NCBI RefSeq assembly: GCF_011386835.1
Contig: NC_088809.1
Span: 10,540,001-10,604,000 of the forward strand
Source of the DNA: Chrysemys picta bellii
Taxonomy: Eukaryota
DNA: 64,000 nt
Direction: 5' to 3'
Shown: piece after piece, positions 52,978 through 64,000 of the stretch
How the letters are laid out: the number at the start of each line of letters is the position of its first letter
Numbering within the stretch: the stretch's first letter is position 1
Notes under the pieces: model-generated
Databases searched by the model: none
What the model was told of the DNA's origin: nothing
What the model saw: only the letters and a program-made list of their open reading frames with translations
Translations under genes and position numbers: made by a program

Positions 52978-53962
52978 CTTATGAACATTTTCAGGAGCAT
53001 CTAGCGAAATTGTGGAGGTGTTAGATTAGATCAATTAGATCATTGACTTTCAGTGAGTCTTAAGCTCTGAAATGCTTGTCACTTTTTAAAATGGGACTAA
53101 GAGGATTCCAAAGTCAATGGGACTTGAGCACTTTCGAAAATTCAAACCCTAATGTGATTTCCTTCTAACAATTTTGAAATCACATAGAAAATGTGGTGGA
53201 ATAAGTGTCTAAATAAGAGACCTCTCCTCCGCAAATGAAGAAAGAAGGGGGCCAAATTCCTCCCTCACGCAAATCCATTTAAGTTAATGTAAGGATGAAT
53301 GTGGGCAAAGAAGACTTTCAAGCACCTCTTGGATTGCCATCACCTTCAAGCTCAACAACGTCTTCTCCTCCTGCAAAATTTGTGGTGACACAGTCGGGGA
53401 CGGTAATTAAATATTGATGTTTTAGCAGCTGATGCTTTTAATACATTTTAAATTATACACATTTATTGGACCCAAATGCTCACCATCAGTTTAGTCCCTT
53501 CCAGCTACCCTGAAGACCTTTCAATATCTCTGTATTGATTTCTGTCTTAACAGTTGAGTTCTCATGACTGGATGCGTCTTAGCACTTTGGCAAGGTAAAC
53601 AAATCTGCATGCATTTATTTGAGCACGGTTAGTTAGTCGCCACAAATGTGTAATGAACAGCCTCATACCTATGGAATTAGATCTTCTTAGTGATCATTAA
53701 TTTCATCCCTTGCTGGTTTAACAAAAACCTCTTGGTAAGAGGCCAAACTCAATTACATTAATGTCTGGAAAATTAAAATAGGAGAAAAGAGAGTGCATTG
53801 CTCATGAACAGGTGTAGATTCCACTTATCTTGTTTAAGATATAGATTCTTCAAGGAATAACACACACACACACACATATATATGTGCATGCCTGAAGGGT
53901 CTATGTTAGACAAGATAAGGGAAATCTACACTTGGTTGTAGGCAATGCATAGGTTACATATA

Positions 53963-54665
53963 CTTTACCAGANNNNNNNNNNNNNNNNNNNNNNNNNNNN
54001 NNNNNNNNNNNNNNNNNNNNNNNNNNNNNNNNNNNNNNNNNNNNNNNNNNNNNNNNNNNNNNNNNNNNNNNNNNNNNNNNNNNNNNNNNNNNNNNNNNNN
54101 NNNNNNNGGCTGAGGCGGAACGCCGGCCCCCCCATCCCCGCGGNNNNNNNNNNNNNNNNNNNNNNNNNNNNNNNNNNNNNNNNNNNNNNNNNNNNNNNNN
54201 NNNNNNNNNNNNNNNNNNNNNNNNNNNNNNNNNNNNNNNNNNNNNNNNNNNNNNNNNNNNNNNNNNNNNNNNNNNNNNNNNNNNNNNNNNNNNNNNNNNN
54301 NNNNNNNNNNNNNNNNNNNNNNNNNNNNNNNNNNNNNNNNNNNNNNNNNNNNNNNNNNNNNNNNNNNNNNNNNNNNNNNNNNNNNNNNNNNNNNNNNNNN
54401 NNNNNNNNNNNNNNNNNNNNNNNNNNNNNNNNNNNNNNNNNNNNNNNNNNNNNNNNNNNNNNNNNNNNNNNNNNNNNNNNNNNNNNNNNNNNNNNNNNNN
54501 NNNNNNNNNNNNNNNNNNNNNNNNNACCCGGCCGTCGCCGGCAATGAGAGCCGCGGGGGCTACGCCGCGACAAGTAGGAGGGCCGCTGCGGTGCGCCTTG
54601 AAGCCTAGGGCGCGGGCCCGGGTGGAGCCGCCGCAGGTGCAGATCTTGGTGGTAGTAGCAAATAT
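53963..54665 (+). pseudogene. Dispersed 28S rRNA fragment insertion, mostly N-masked
   Basis: 54526-54665 matches the vertebrate 28S core (ACCCGGCCGTCGCCGGC...AGTAGGAGGGCCGCTGCGGT...GGTGCAGATCTTGGTGGTAGTAGCAAATAT); flanked by direct repeat ATAGGTTACATATA at 53949-53962 and 54664-54677; Ns at 53973-54107 and 54144-54525. Confidence 0.88.
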
Positions 54666-55280
54666 AGGTTACATATAAGCATGTATATAAAGAGGGTAGA
54701 TAAACTTCCTCTTAGTCATATGTTTGAACTTTTATATGATAAGCTCTTTGAGTCAGGAGCATCTTTTTATTTTGGGCACAAACAGTGCCAATCACAATGA
54801 GGTCCCGATACATGGCTAGAGTCTCTAGGTGCTACCACAATACAGTTAATTTGGAATTTTCAAAGGGAACTGAAGAAGTCAGGCAACCAAGTACCACTAA
54901 AATTCCAGCCTTAATAAATAATTATAACTCCTATCCAGTATTCAATATGTTACAGAAGGCATCACAATCTTCTAATTAAGGCATGGGACTGGAAGTTAGG
55001 AGATCTTGCTTCTATCCTCAGTTCAACCTCAAACTTCTTCTGTGACTTTGGACAAGACATGAAATATTTCTGAGCCTCAGTTCTTCATCTGTAAAATAGG
55101 GAGAATACCACTCACGCCTCAGTTGTTGTGTGTGGTTTAATTCACTAATGGGTGAAATTCAACCCTGTGTAAAGGGCCAGCACAAAGCCTACACACCAAA
55201 TAAGGTAATAATTGGCTGTTGGGCTGGCCTTCTCCACAGTGGTGAATTTCACCCATTAACATGCATAAAGTGCTCTGAGA

Positions 55281-55707
55281 CAGGGGCTGCACAAGCGCCT
55301 TAAAAATGTGGGGGGCTACAGGTGCCCAAATTGTGTCCCCACTTCCCATGTCATTTCTTCTCCCTGAATCCCTACACCACTCCTTCCCCCAAGATCTGGC
55401 CCCCACTCCACCCCTTCCCCTAAGGTCTTGTCCCCCACTCGCTCCTCTCCGTCCCCATCGCTCAGTAAAAAATGGGAGGGCATAACCCTCCTCCTTTTAA
55501 AAGTGGGGAAGCCATGGCCCCCTGGCCTCTCCTCAGGAGGGCGGCAGAAGGTCCCGCCCCAAAATGCTGCCCCCCACAGAGACGGCAGAAGGTCCCGCCG
55601 CCGAAATACCGCCGCGGTCGCCGCCCCTCAAATTGTAGTGCCCTAGACAACCGCCTAGGTCGCCTAATGGGTTGCGCCAGCCCTGCCCCTCCTGTTCCAG
55701 TGCCCTG
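55281..55707. mobile_element. Composite GC-rich hAT-like non-autonomous element
   Basis: CAGGGGCTG start; candidate TSD CTCTGAGA / CTTTGAGA; internal GC-rich subrepeats; boundaries approximate. Confidence 0.5.
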
Positions 55708-57424
55708 GCTTTGAGACCCTCAGATATGGCCATGTAATTATTATTATTGTATTGTGCTAGTGCTTTGGTGGCTGCAATCTATAATAAATGTCTCATTGTA
55801 CTAGGCGCTGTATAAACCCATAAGAAAAAAAGATGGTCCCAGCCCCAAAGATCTTACAATCTCACCGTAGATTTGGAAAGTGTTATTATTCACTATATTA
55901 ATGACTGGAACTTTCACGGGGCCTGGATCTACTTTGAGATGTAGAAAAATCTCTGCTTTGAAAAGTGCTCTGGGACCTTTGCAGAGTGCAGTGGAAAGAG
56001 TGAAGGATTTGCATGAGTAACAGCTGAAACGCAGGCTCCTGCTACAAAAAAATCATTAATAAAAGATCCCTGCATTCCTCTCCAGGTAGCTCTTATGCCA
56101 TCATGCACAAGATATATTTCTGGAGAGAGGTGATAAGTTTCTGAGATGCAAGATCAGTTTTTACAGTACAGCCGCTGGCATTAGCGAGAGGAGAATGGTA
56201 ACATAAAAATAACAGATGGAAGGGAGATATAATAAAATGGAAGCACAAGCAAATTATAAACCCATTCTAACTGTTCATGCAGATAAAACAAGAAAACCAA
56301 AATACATCTGAAATCACAAGGACCAGGTGTCTGTAGGGAAAGAGTATTTGATTTTATGCTCACAGTGGAGCCGCTGAAATGAACTGAAGGGTGAACAACA
56401 ACTTGTGGTTCAGATGAAACTTTTGCAGTGGCTCTTCATTATTTGTTGGTGGGGATCATTTCCTGCAATGAAGTTTAAAGCTGGTATTCACCCCCCCTCT
56501 ACCCCCATGCACACACTGTGAGAAAGCAAATATGAACATTTTCCTTGTGCCAACATTGCAATAAATAACTATGCTAAAATATGATCTAAATAATTTAAGA
56601 GTGCGTGGAGTAAAACAAAACAACAACAAAAACCCAAAGCCTAGAGCATAGCTAAGGATAAGAGTAAAAAAGCAACACAAAATTGAGCAGATTCTTCAGA
56701 AGCGCTCCTGGAACTCTGACAGAATAGGCAGAATATAATTGTTAAGGACAAAGCTAAAACAGGCAACATGAAAAAGGAACAATAATGCAGCAGAAGCATA
56801 ATCCTCTTAATTGGCACAGACTCCTGGTGGAAACAGAAAACTACCAATTGAAGCCATCGTCCTCTTTTCTTGGAAGCCTGTACAAATACATTGTGCCGGG
56901 AGATAGTCACTTTAATTTCATGAACTGCTTTAAAAATAAGCACAGTACAAAGTACGAAGAGTTTTAGAAAAAGTAGTTGAAGGTCAGATCGACTTGTTTA
57001 ACAGCTGTAACAGAGCAGGGAACCACAGTAAAGAATGGCCTACTCTGTAGGCCACTTTATGCTGGTAACCATCAATTCAGTCCTCTAAAATGTGACGATA
57101 GGGCAAATTCAGCACCTAGTTACAGTTCAAATACCAATGGAAGTTGCACCCCCTTACACGTGGGCTGAGTTGAGCCCAGTAACTGCAGACAGCACCAGAC
57201 ATGCCATTTAAACAATTTAGGCTTGCCATTTAACCACTGTTTAGTGGTTTGCACAGATGGTCATTACCCCGCTGAGCATTCATGCCATAGACCTAGTGCC
57301 TGAGAACGTGGATTCAAATGCAGCAGAAAATTTATAAAGAAAATTTATCTGGTCTGCTTCGAGTTATTAAGAGAGCTCTCTATAAAAGATAGATCTGGAT
57401 AGATAGGTCCACATATAGTATAAA

Positions 57425-57585
57425 CAAAAAGAACAGGAGTACTTGTGGCACCTTAGAGACTAACAAATTTATTAGAGCATAAGCTTTCGTGGGCTACTGC
57501 CCACTTCTTCGGATGCATCAAGTGCCACAAGTACTCCTGTTCTTTTTGCGGATACAGACTAACACGGCTGCTACTCTGAAACCTG
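57425..57585 (+). mobile_element. Penelope-like remnant with inverted arm carrying a hammerhead (57477-57516, minus)
   Basis: Inverted CAAAAAGAACAGGAGTACTTGTGGCAC arm; tail GATACAGACTAACACGGCTGCTACTCTGAAACC; TSD ATATAGTATAAA at 57413-57424 and 57588-57599. Confidence 0.88.
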
Positions 57586-58082
57586 TTATATAGTATAAAG
57601 AGCACCATCTACAGGCGATTACATAGCATTATTCATCCATGGGTCGGTTTAGTAAAGTTATTCTTTTCGTCAGGCTCCTAACAGGGATAGCAAATTTGAC
57701 AGAAACCTCGGCTGTTGGGTTCAGTGTGCTCTGAACTGAACTGAATGGCCCTCACTGGTTGCTCAAAGCAACCCCCCCCCATCCCACCACTCGCTCTGCA
57801 AAAGTGACAATCAATGGCTACATCTATAGTTCGAGCACAAAGTTTATGGACCACTTTAATCCAGCTCAAGCCTTCTTTCAAGCACTACAGTGGGATTTCA
57901 ATGGCGCATAAGCCTAGGGCTCTTTGGACAGCGGAATTCCATCTTTGGTGGATAAGGGCTACTTGTGGGTGAGAATTTGCAGGAGCCTTAGGCCTAGATC
58001 CTCAAAGAACTAGATCCATGGGAGTTAGGCACCTACATATTTTGAAGATCTGGGCCTTAGTTTGTAATCTTGGTTTAAAGTA

Positions 58083-58380
58083 CCAGTGCTACCAACTATC
58101 ATGGTTTTATCATGAGTTTTGCCATATTTGGTATGTTTCTTAAAGTCCCAGCTCCTGGAGGCATGTGATTAGGTGAGAACCTCAGCTTTCATTTAAAAAA
58201 AAGTAAGATTCTAGCCCTCACTACTGCAGAGAAAGTCTGGATAATGTGATTCAAGTGCACCCTAAAGGCTCAAAAACCAGAAGGCAAATGAAAAGAACCC
58301 AAAAGTTATGTATGTTTTAAAATCTCATGGTTTCTAAGTCAATCTGGTGATTCTCTGGGCGCTTGACTCAGGAAATACTG
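58083..58380 (+). mobile_element. Degraded non-autonomous DNA element; relatives at ~9060-9420 and ~29762-30200
   Basis: Shared CAGTG(C/T)T(A/G)CCAAC start and AAAGCCCCAGCTCC...TTTCATT(T)AAAAAAAAG...CTAGC internal motifs. Confidence 0.55.
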
Positions 58381-58577
58381 AAGTACTGTAAAATTAAAAT
58401 AGAAAAGACCCAGAGCTAGTGGAGGCACAATGATATATGGGCTACATGAAACCTTGATGTGATTACCATAGTTGAGAGAGACCGTTCTAACGAGCAAATG
58501 AGACTGCAATACTATTTGTTATAGGAGGGCTCTGTGAACGGGAGATTCTGTATATACGGAAATAGTTAATAGATAAT

Positions 58578-58596
58578 CTGCCAGTAGATGGCACTC
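58578..58596 (+). promoter_or_regulatory. CTCF core-motif match
   Basis: CTGCCAGTAGATGGCACTC fits CCASYAGRKGGCRS exactly, in repeat-poor DNA; motif evidence only. Confidence 0.45.
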
Positions 58597-59571
58597 AAGA
58601 ATATGTTGCAGGTTTTGTAGGACCAATACACTTTGTTGCAGTACACTGCAAATGGCTTCCTCTGCGCAGTACTTTACATGAAGCTCTTAACACGATTTGT
58701 GCACATTTTAGGCGATGAGGTGGCCCTAATTGCTCTGTCCCATCAAGATTTGGTATTAATAAAATCGCACACCAGGATCTTCAGCCTGTTAGTCAAAAAA
58801 CCCCCAAAACCAAACAGCGTTTAGTGACAGTCCTTTGCAAAGAGCGTTCTGACAACAGAAGACAGGGCTCAAAAATCGATGAAGGATTCCAATTCCACAG
58901 TGGCCAAGGCAATGTGCGATAAATACCTTAAAAGTGAATTGATGTGTAGAGAGAAAAAAAAGAAAGTAAGCAGCACGCAATTTGGCAGCTTGATTTATTT
59001 TTAGGCGCTATCGGCAAACCCTTGAGCTGTATAATTGAGTCTCTTTGTTCTCAAAGATTGGCATTATTACTCTGAATTTCATAATTCTCCTCAACACAGG
59101 ACTCACTTCAGTGCAGCATTTGGAATATTGCAATGAAACATTTGGATCATTACAGTGGAGCTGGGTGTTATCGCTAACGATTATGTTTTACTTGGTAATG
59201 GGTGCAATTAGAGCCTGCAGCTTCAGCGTGGAAACCAGAAAAATATGGCTATTCGGGGGGAAAAAAAGATATAGAATAGAAGCTGATTTTGCATGTCGGG
59301 GTGGTGGCAGAACAAAACAAAAGGTTCATGGCTAGTTCATCAAGATGAAACCCAGTGGGTAACAGATGGGTCTTTCTATCCAATTTCCTATAGTATCAAT
59401 AGTTGGTGTCTGAGGAGAGATTCAAAGTATCTTTAGGGGAAAAAACAAATACGATTGGAATACAACAGTTGTGATCAACAGACCTCCTTCGAATGCTGCT
59501 GTCTCTCAACCTGGTTCATATAGCATGGAAGATAATAGGTGAAATCCTAGCCAGAGTCAGAATAAGTCCCA

Positions 59572-59772
59572 AAAACAAGAAGGAGTCTGGTGGCCCCTTA
59601 AAGACTAACAGATTTATTTGGGCATAAGCTTCCGTGGGTAAAAACCTCACTTCTTCGGAGGTTTTTACCCAAGAAAGCTTATGCCCAAATAAATCTGTTA
59701 GTCTTTAAGGGGCCACCAGACTCCTTCTTGTTTTTGTAGATACAGACTAACACGGCTACCCCCTGATACTTG
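59572..59772 (+). mobile_element. Penelope-like remnant, second subfamily, fold-back through the hammerhead
   Basis: Near-perfect inverted arms of ~75 bp; tail GATACAGACTAACACGGCTACCCCCTGATACTTG; TSD AGAATAAGTCCCA at 59559-59571 and 59773-59785. Confidence 0.88.
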
Positions 59773-60993
59773 AGAATAAGTCCCAGTATCAGAATAACAT
59801 ATGTAAAGCTCTGTAGTGACTGGACCACATAACACCTGAATCCGCTACAGCTTCCAGGTTAACGGACTGGTCTTTTAGCTCAAACAGTGGCAGTTTACAC
59901 ATTTAGAGTTGGGGGGAGGGAAATGGAGAAGGTGGCAAATAAGTTTTAGTTTTAAAATGAGTTAACAGGTCACGGTAAACCCTAGGCTCCCCCCGCCCCA
60001 ATCATTGGTTTTGGCTGAAATAGTTAATTTTTTGCTCTAAAGTCGCTATTTTCCACAGGAACCCCCCCCCCCATTTTCCAACCAGCTCTAATGGTGACAT
60101 TTACGGCCAGATTTTCAAAGAGCTCAGCACATCGGGCTGTGAAAATCTGATCACTTCTTTAGGTATCTAAACGGGAGCTGTGCTATTCTCAACAGCTGAC
60201 CCTGGTTGCTGGGCTAAGCCTTTTGGAAGATTCCATCCGCAATGTAGCCCTTAAGCGGTGTATGAAATCATGAGTATATGCTGAAATATACCCCGCAATT
60301 GCACTTCTTTCCCCCTCCCCCTTCAGATGAACTCTGAAGACATTCTTTTTTTCTTTGCTTTTTTCTTAATTTTTATTTTTGGGCTTTCTTTAAACTCCTT
60401 GCAACAAAAGCCTATGCCATGCCGTGAAAGCACCATGCTACAGCAAGATCTAACCTGCACAGGTGGATTTACATCACAGCATTCGCTGTTCAGCAGACAT
60501 AGCACAGCTAACATAGCACAGCTAACATAGCACAGTCTCCTTCCGAAGCAACGGGGTCTTGCTGATTTCCGAACTGGAGCAGTAACTATTCAGCAGCACG
60601 GTTTAGGTTACAAATCAATTGCTGCACATAGTGCTTAAGTGCTGCTTAAATCAGCTTACTGCACTAGGCCCAGTGAAGTCCTTACCTAGACCGGGCAGTT
60701 ACAGGAGATTACACTTAACTCCTGCATCAAAGAGTGAAGGGAAGACGTGGTTTTGGAGAGTAACTCGAACAACCTCGAATCCCCTTTGGTTTAGGGCTTT
60801 AAGGAAGCCTTCCAGTTTAGTGACAGAGCTGAAAGTTTGACACACCACGGTCCAAGTTGGGAGATCAACAGGAGTTCTACCCTTGCAATCGAAAGCAAAA
60901 TTTGGCTCTTTGATACTCAACACGCTACCTCACCAGGCCATCAAGAGGAATTGACCCTAGGACCTCTATATCTGAACTGATGAGCCTCTAATA

Positions 60994-61735
60994 CAGGGGT
61001 GAGCAAACTTTTTGGCCTGAGGGCTGCATTGGGTTTCGTAAATTGTATGGAGGGCTGGCCCCCACCATCTATCCACCCCCCCCATTCCCTGACGGTCCCC
61101 CCAGGACCCATGCCCCATCCACATACCCCCGCTTCCTGTCCCCTGACCACCCCCAGACCTCGCTGCCCCATCCAACCCCTCCTCTCATTCCTGATGGCCC
61201 CTCTGGGACCCCTGCCCCACCCAATCACCCCTTCTCCCTGTCCCCTGACTGCCCCCAGAACCCCTGCCCCTGACTGTCCCCTGCGGCACCATCCAACCCC
61301 CCCTCCTTCCTGACGGCCCCCCTGGGAGCCCTGCCCCCATTCAACCCCGCCCCCCTCAACTGCCTCAACCCCTATCCACACCGCCGCCCCCTGAACACCA
61401 CCCCAAACTCCCCTGCCCTCTATCAAGCCCCTTACTGCACTGCCTAGAGCACCGGTGGCTGGTGGCTTTACAGCTGGGCCACCTGGCTGGAGCGGGGCCA
61501 CCATGCAGCACAGAGACCAGGTCAGACCGGGCTCTGCAACTGTGCTGCCCCAGGAGCTCACAGTCCCGCCACTCAGAGCCTTGCGCCAGCGGCAGAGCGA
61601 GTGAGCTGAGGCTGCAGGGGAGGGAGAACAACGGGGGAGGGCCGGGGCTAGCCTCCCGGGCCAGGAGCTCGGGGGCCGGGCAGGACGGTCCCGTGGGCCG
61701 GACGTGGCCCGTGGGCCATAGTTTACCCACCTCTG
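60994..61735. mobile_element. Non-autonomous hAT (Charlie-like) element with internal C-rich subrepeats
   Basis: TIRs CAGGGGTGAGCAAACT / AGTTTACCCACCTCTG; perfect TSD CTCTAATA. Confidence 0.9.
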
Positions 61736-64000
61736 CTCTAATATGTGGACTAAAGGACTAAGTTATTTTAGAGGCAGTAGCAGACTCATTAACCTCTACT
61801 TTGTTCAGTCACTAGAGGAAGACATTGATCCACACTCAGCATGGGTTACAATACCCCATTCTTCTTCTTCTTCGTATTATTGTGGCACCTCCCAACCCCA
61901 GGCATGGACTAGAACCCAGCGTACTAGACGCTGTAAACACGAAACAAAAAGACAGTACTTGCCCCAAGGAGCTTACAACCTAAGCGACCCTGCAGTTCTT
62001 TTACTGGGCCTCTGAAGTCACTGGGAGTTTTTCCGGCTGTTTCAGTGGGCATAAGGTGAAACTCTTTGGGTCCCCAAGCGCCACAGATTAAATATGCTCT
62101 CTTTTGGAAAATCTATGCCAGGTTGTCCCAGGCAAGGGAATGAAAAGCTGCAAAGGGCACCACTGTAAAGGGATGTCCTATGCCAGAATAAAGTTATTGT
62201 CATGCTGCCCCTCCATTTAATACAGAGGAAAGTGCTGTGTACCAGCTGTGCTCAACCCATAGGCCACTCCAAGAAAACAGGCGCAACCAACAGCAAAGAT
62301 GGCATTGGCCAGCCAAAATAACACTCAGCGGCCTGCTCCTTCTCATGGTAAACCTTTAGAGGGGACATTAGGACAGCATGGTTTAAAGACTAAGGGATTT
62401 CCTTGCAGACAACTGTGGACACTGAACATAGTCTGAAGAACCCTGTGCCAGGGAAAGACGGACGGCATGCAGTTCTGTACCTTGGTCTTGCTGCATCAGG
62501 AGAGGTATAGTGGCCTATCACTTGAAACTGCTCTGCTTTGGAGTGTCATGGAGTAGGGGTCCCTATAAGGAAAGGGCAACTGTGTGCAAACATTTTTCCT
62601 ATCCCCTTAACCCCCTACAGGACTGGGTGTAAGTGCCCGGAAAGTCCCACTGTCATCTCTGGGAGTCTAGGGCAGTGTGTGTCTCTTGCCAAGCAGTGCT
62701 AAGCACCACGCAACAATCAATGGTCTTTGGAACTGACTTGCCCTTGTTTGTGTCTAGGACCTACTTCTCTCCCACTCCCTCCCTGTCAGCAGTAAAGATA
62801 CAGTCCCTACAAACCGCAGCTGACAAAAAGGAAAGAAGAGACATATTTATACTTAAAAATGTATTCAGTTTAGATTTCCATGGCAACCTCCATGGGAAGC
62901 CTCTGGGAGAAAGAGCGCATAAGTGACACTGCCTCACAATTATTGTATATCCGTATAGCGCTGCTGCCGCATAACCTGTATAACTGCAATGCAGTGAACC
63001 CAGCATCTTGGTCTGTCCGTCTCTTTGGGAGGCAGCATTGCCTAGTATGTAGAGAATGGGAATGGGAGTAGAGACCCCAACATTAGGGCAGGAAAAGGTT
63101 GTTCGAGACATGGGCAGGCACAGTTTCAGTGGAGTGAACCATGCAGGAGTTGGAGGTAGACAGTGAGGCATTGGCTGTACATGACACGTCAGATGAGTGT
63201 AGAGGTGAAGCAGCTAAAGCCTTTACAGCACCCCGCATCATGCATAGTCTCATGTGCAGGAAGTTCACACATTGTTTCCGCATCACTGAGACCTTCAGGG
63301 ATCTGCATGACTTCCTGTGAACCTGGTCCCCATTGTAGATACCAGATGTGAATGGTTCTGTGGCCTGGGAAATAATCAAACCTTAAAGGGTAAATTCGTT
63401 TTGTTCTGCGGCTTGTCCAGCTATCTGCTTGTTTTCTTTACACTTGGAGAGCGTTGTGTAATTTATTGTGTGTGCCTGGGGGTGAACACCCACACAGGGA
63501 CCTCTTCCCCTCTGATGCTATGATAAGTCCTCAGAGCCATATTTTTCTTCCACCAGATTCTGCGTTAAGAGGCAAAGGGTGAAGTTTCAAGGGTAAAACA
63601 AAAGTTTTGTCAACCCTTAACAGGCCCCATGTGTAAGAGAAAGTGCGGTAATCATTCACTTTCATCTGACCCCAAACACTGATTCCTTCTCTCTTAATTT
63701 ACCCTGTTAGGGAAGGGGGGTTTATATGCACCCAGTTTACAAATCCAGAGACCGTCCCATCAGCTAAGGAGTTCAGCGAGATGATGATGTGGGAAGGTAA
63801 TCAGACGGCTGAGTTTAGAGGCCCCATGCGGAGCTGCAGTTTTTGAAATCATATAGCCAATGCCCTACAGCCGGGCCTTCCTAATGCCATGAATCTATTC
63901 CACCTAGACATTCCTGCTCGGCAATTCCTGCAGAGTCGTAAGGCTCAGTATCCAGTCACCTCTCCTACTCCACCCCACGGTAGCCATCCAAATTATGGCC

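Noticed and set aside
53945-54573. ~200-aa ORFs in the track
   Set aside because: Artefacts of translating through N runs.
54526-54665. Functional rRNA gene or R2-type site-specific element
   Set aside because: It is a ~700-bp isolated fragment with TSDs, no 18S/5.8S/ITS context and no R2 ORF or R2 target site.
63141-63320. 59-aa ATG ORF (MQELEVDSEALAVH...RDLHDFL), below the ORF-track cutoff
   Set aside because: No convincing family match, promoter or splice context; an ORF of this length is expected by chance in 64 kb.

Overview
Eukaryotic, vertebrate DNA. The repeat content (tRNA-headed SINEs with CR1 tails, CR1, Harbinger/hAT MITEs, AmnSINE1, LF-SINE) points to a turtle genome; the species cannot be determined. 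Only one protein-coding gene is supported: EXO5 (exonuclease V), minus strand, with five coding exons (8491-8400, 7763-7495, 6768-6664, 6269-6097, 3665-3198). These splice in frame to 368 aa with all four Fe-S cysteines, under a CpG island at about 8080-8740. The other ~55 kb has no recognisable coding gene and consists of transposon relics and non-coding DNA. The most interesting items are: (1) four Penelope-like retroelement remnants, three with 12-13 bp TSDs and fold-back arms, all carrying minimal type-I hammerhead ribozyme motifs with a palindromic AGCU helix III, one with an intact core (33021-33060); (2) a 28S rRNA fragment inserted between 14-bp TSDs, possibly 5'-inverted, mostly hidden by Ns; (3) a ~290-bp inverted duplication 3.6 kb apart, with a hAT insertion in one copy and the empty site in the other; (4) a hAT element built from two 3' ends; (5) an unidentified CpG-rich exon-like island at 14690-14890. 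Repeat family names come from remembered consensus sequences and terminal structure, not from database searches.
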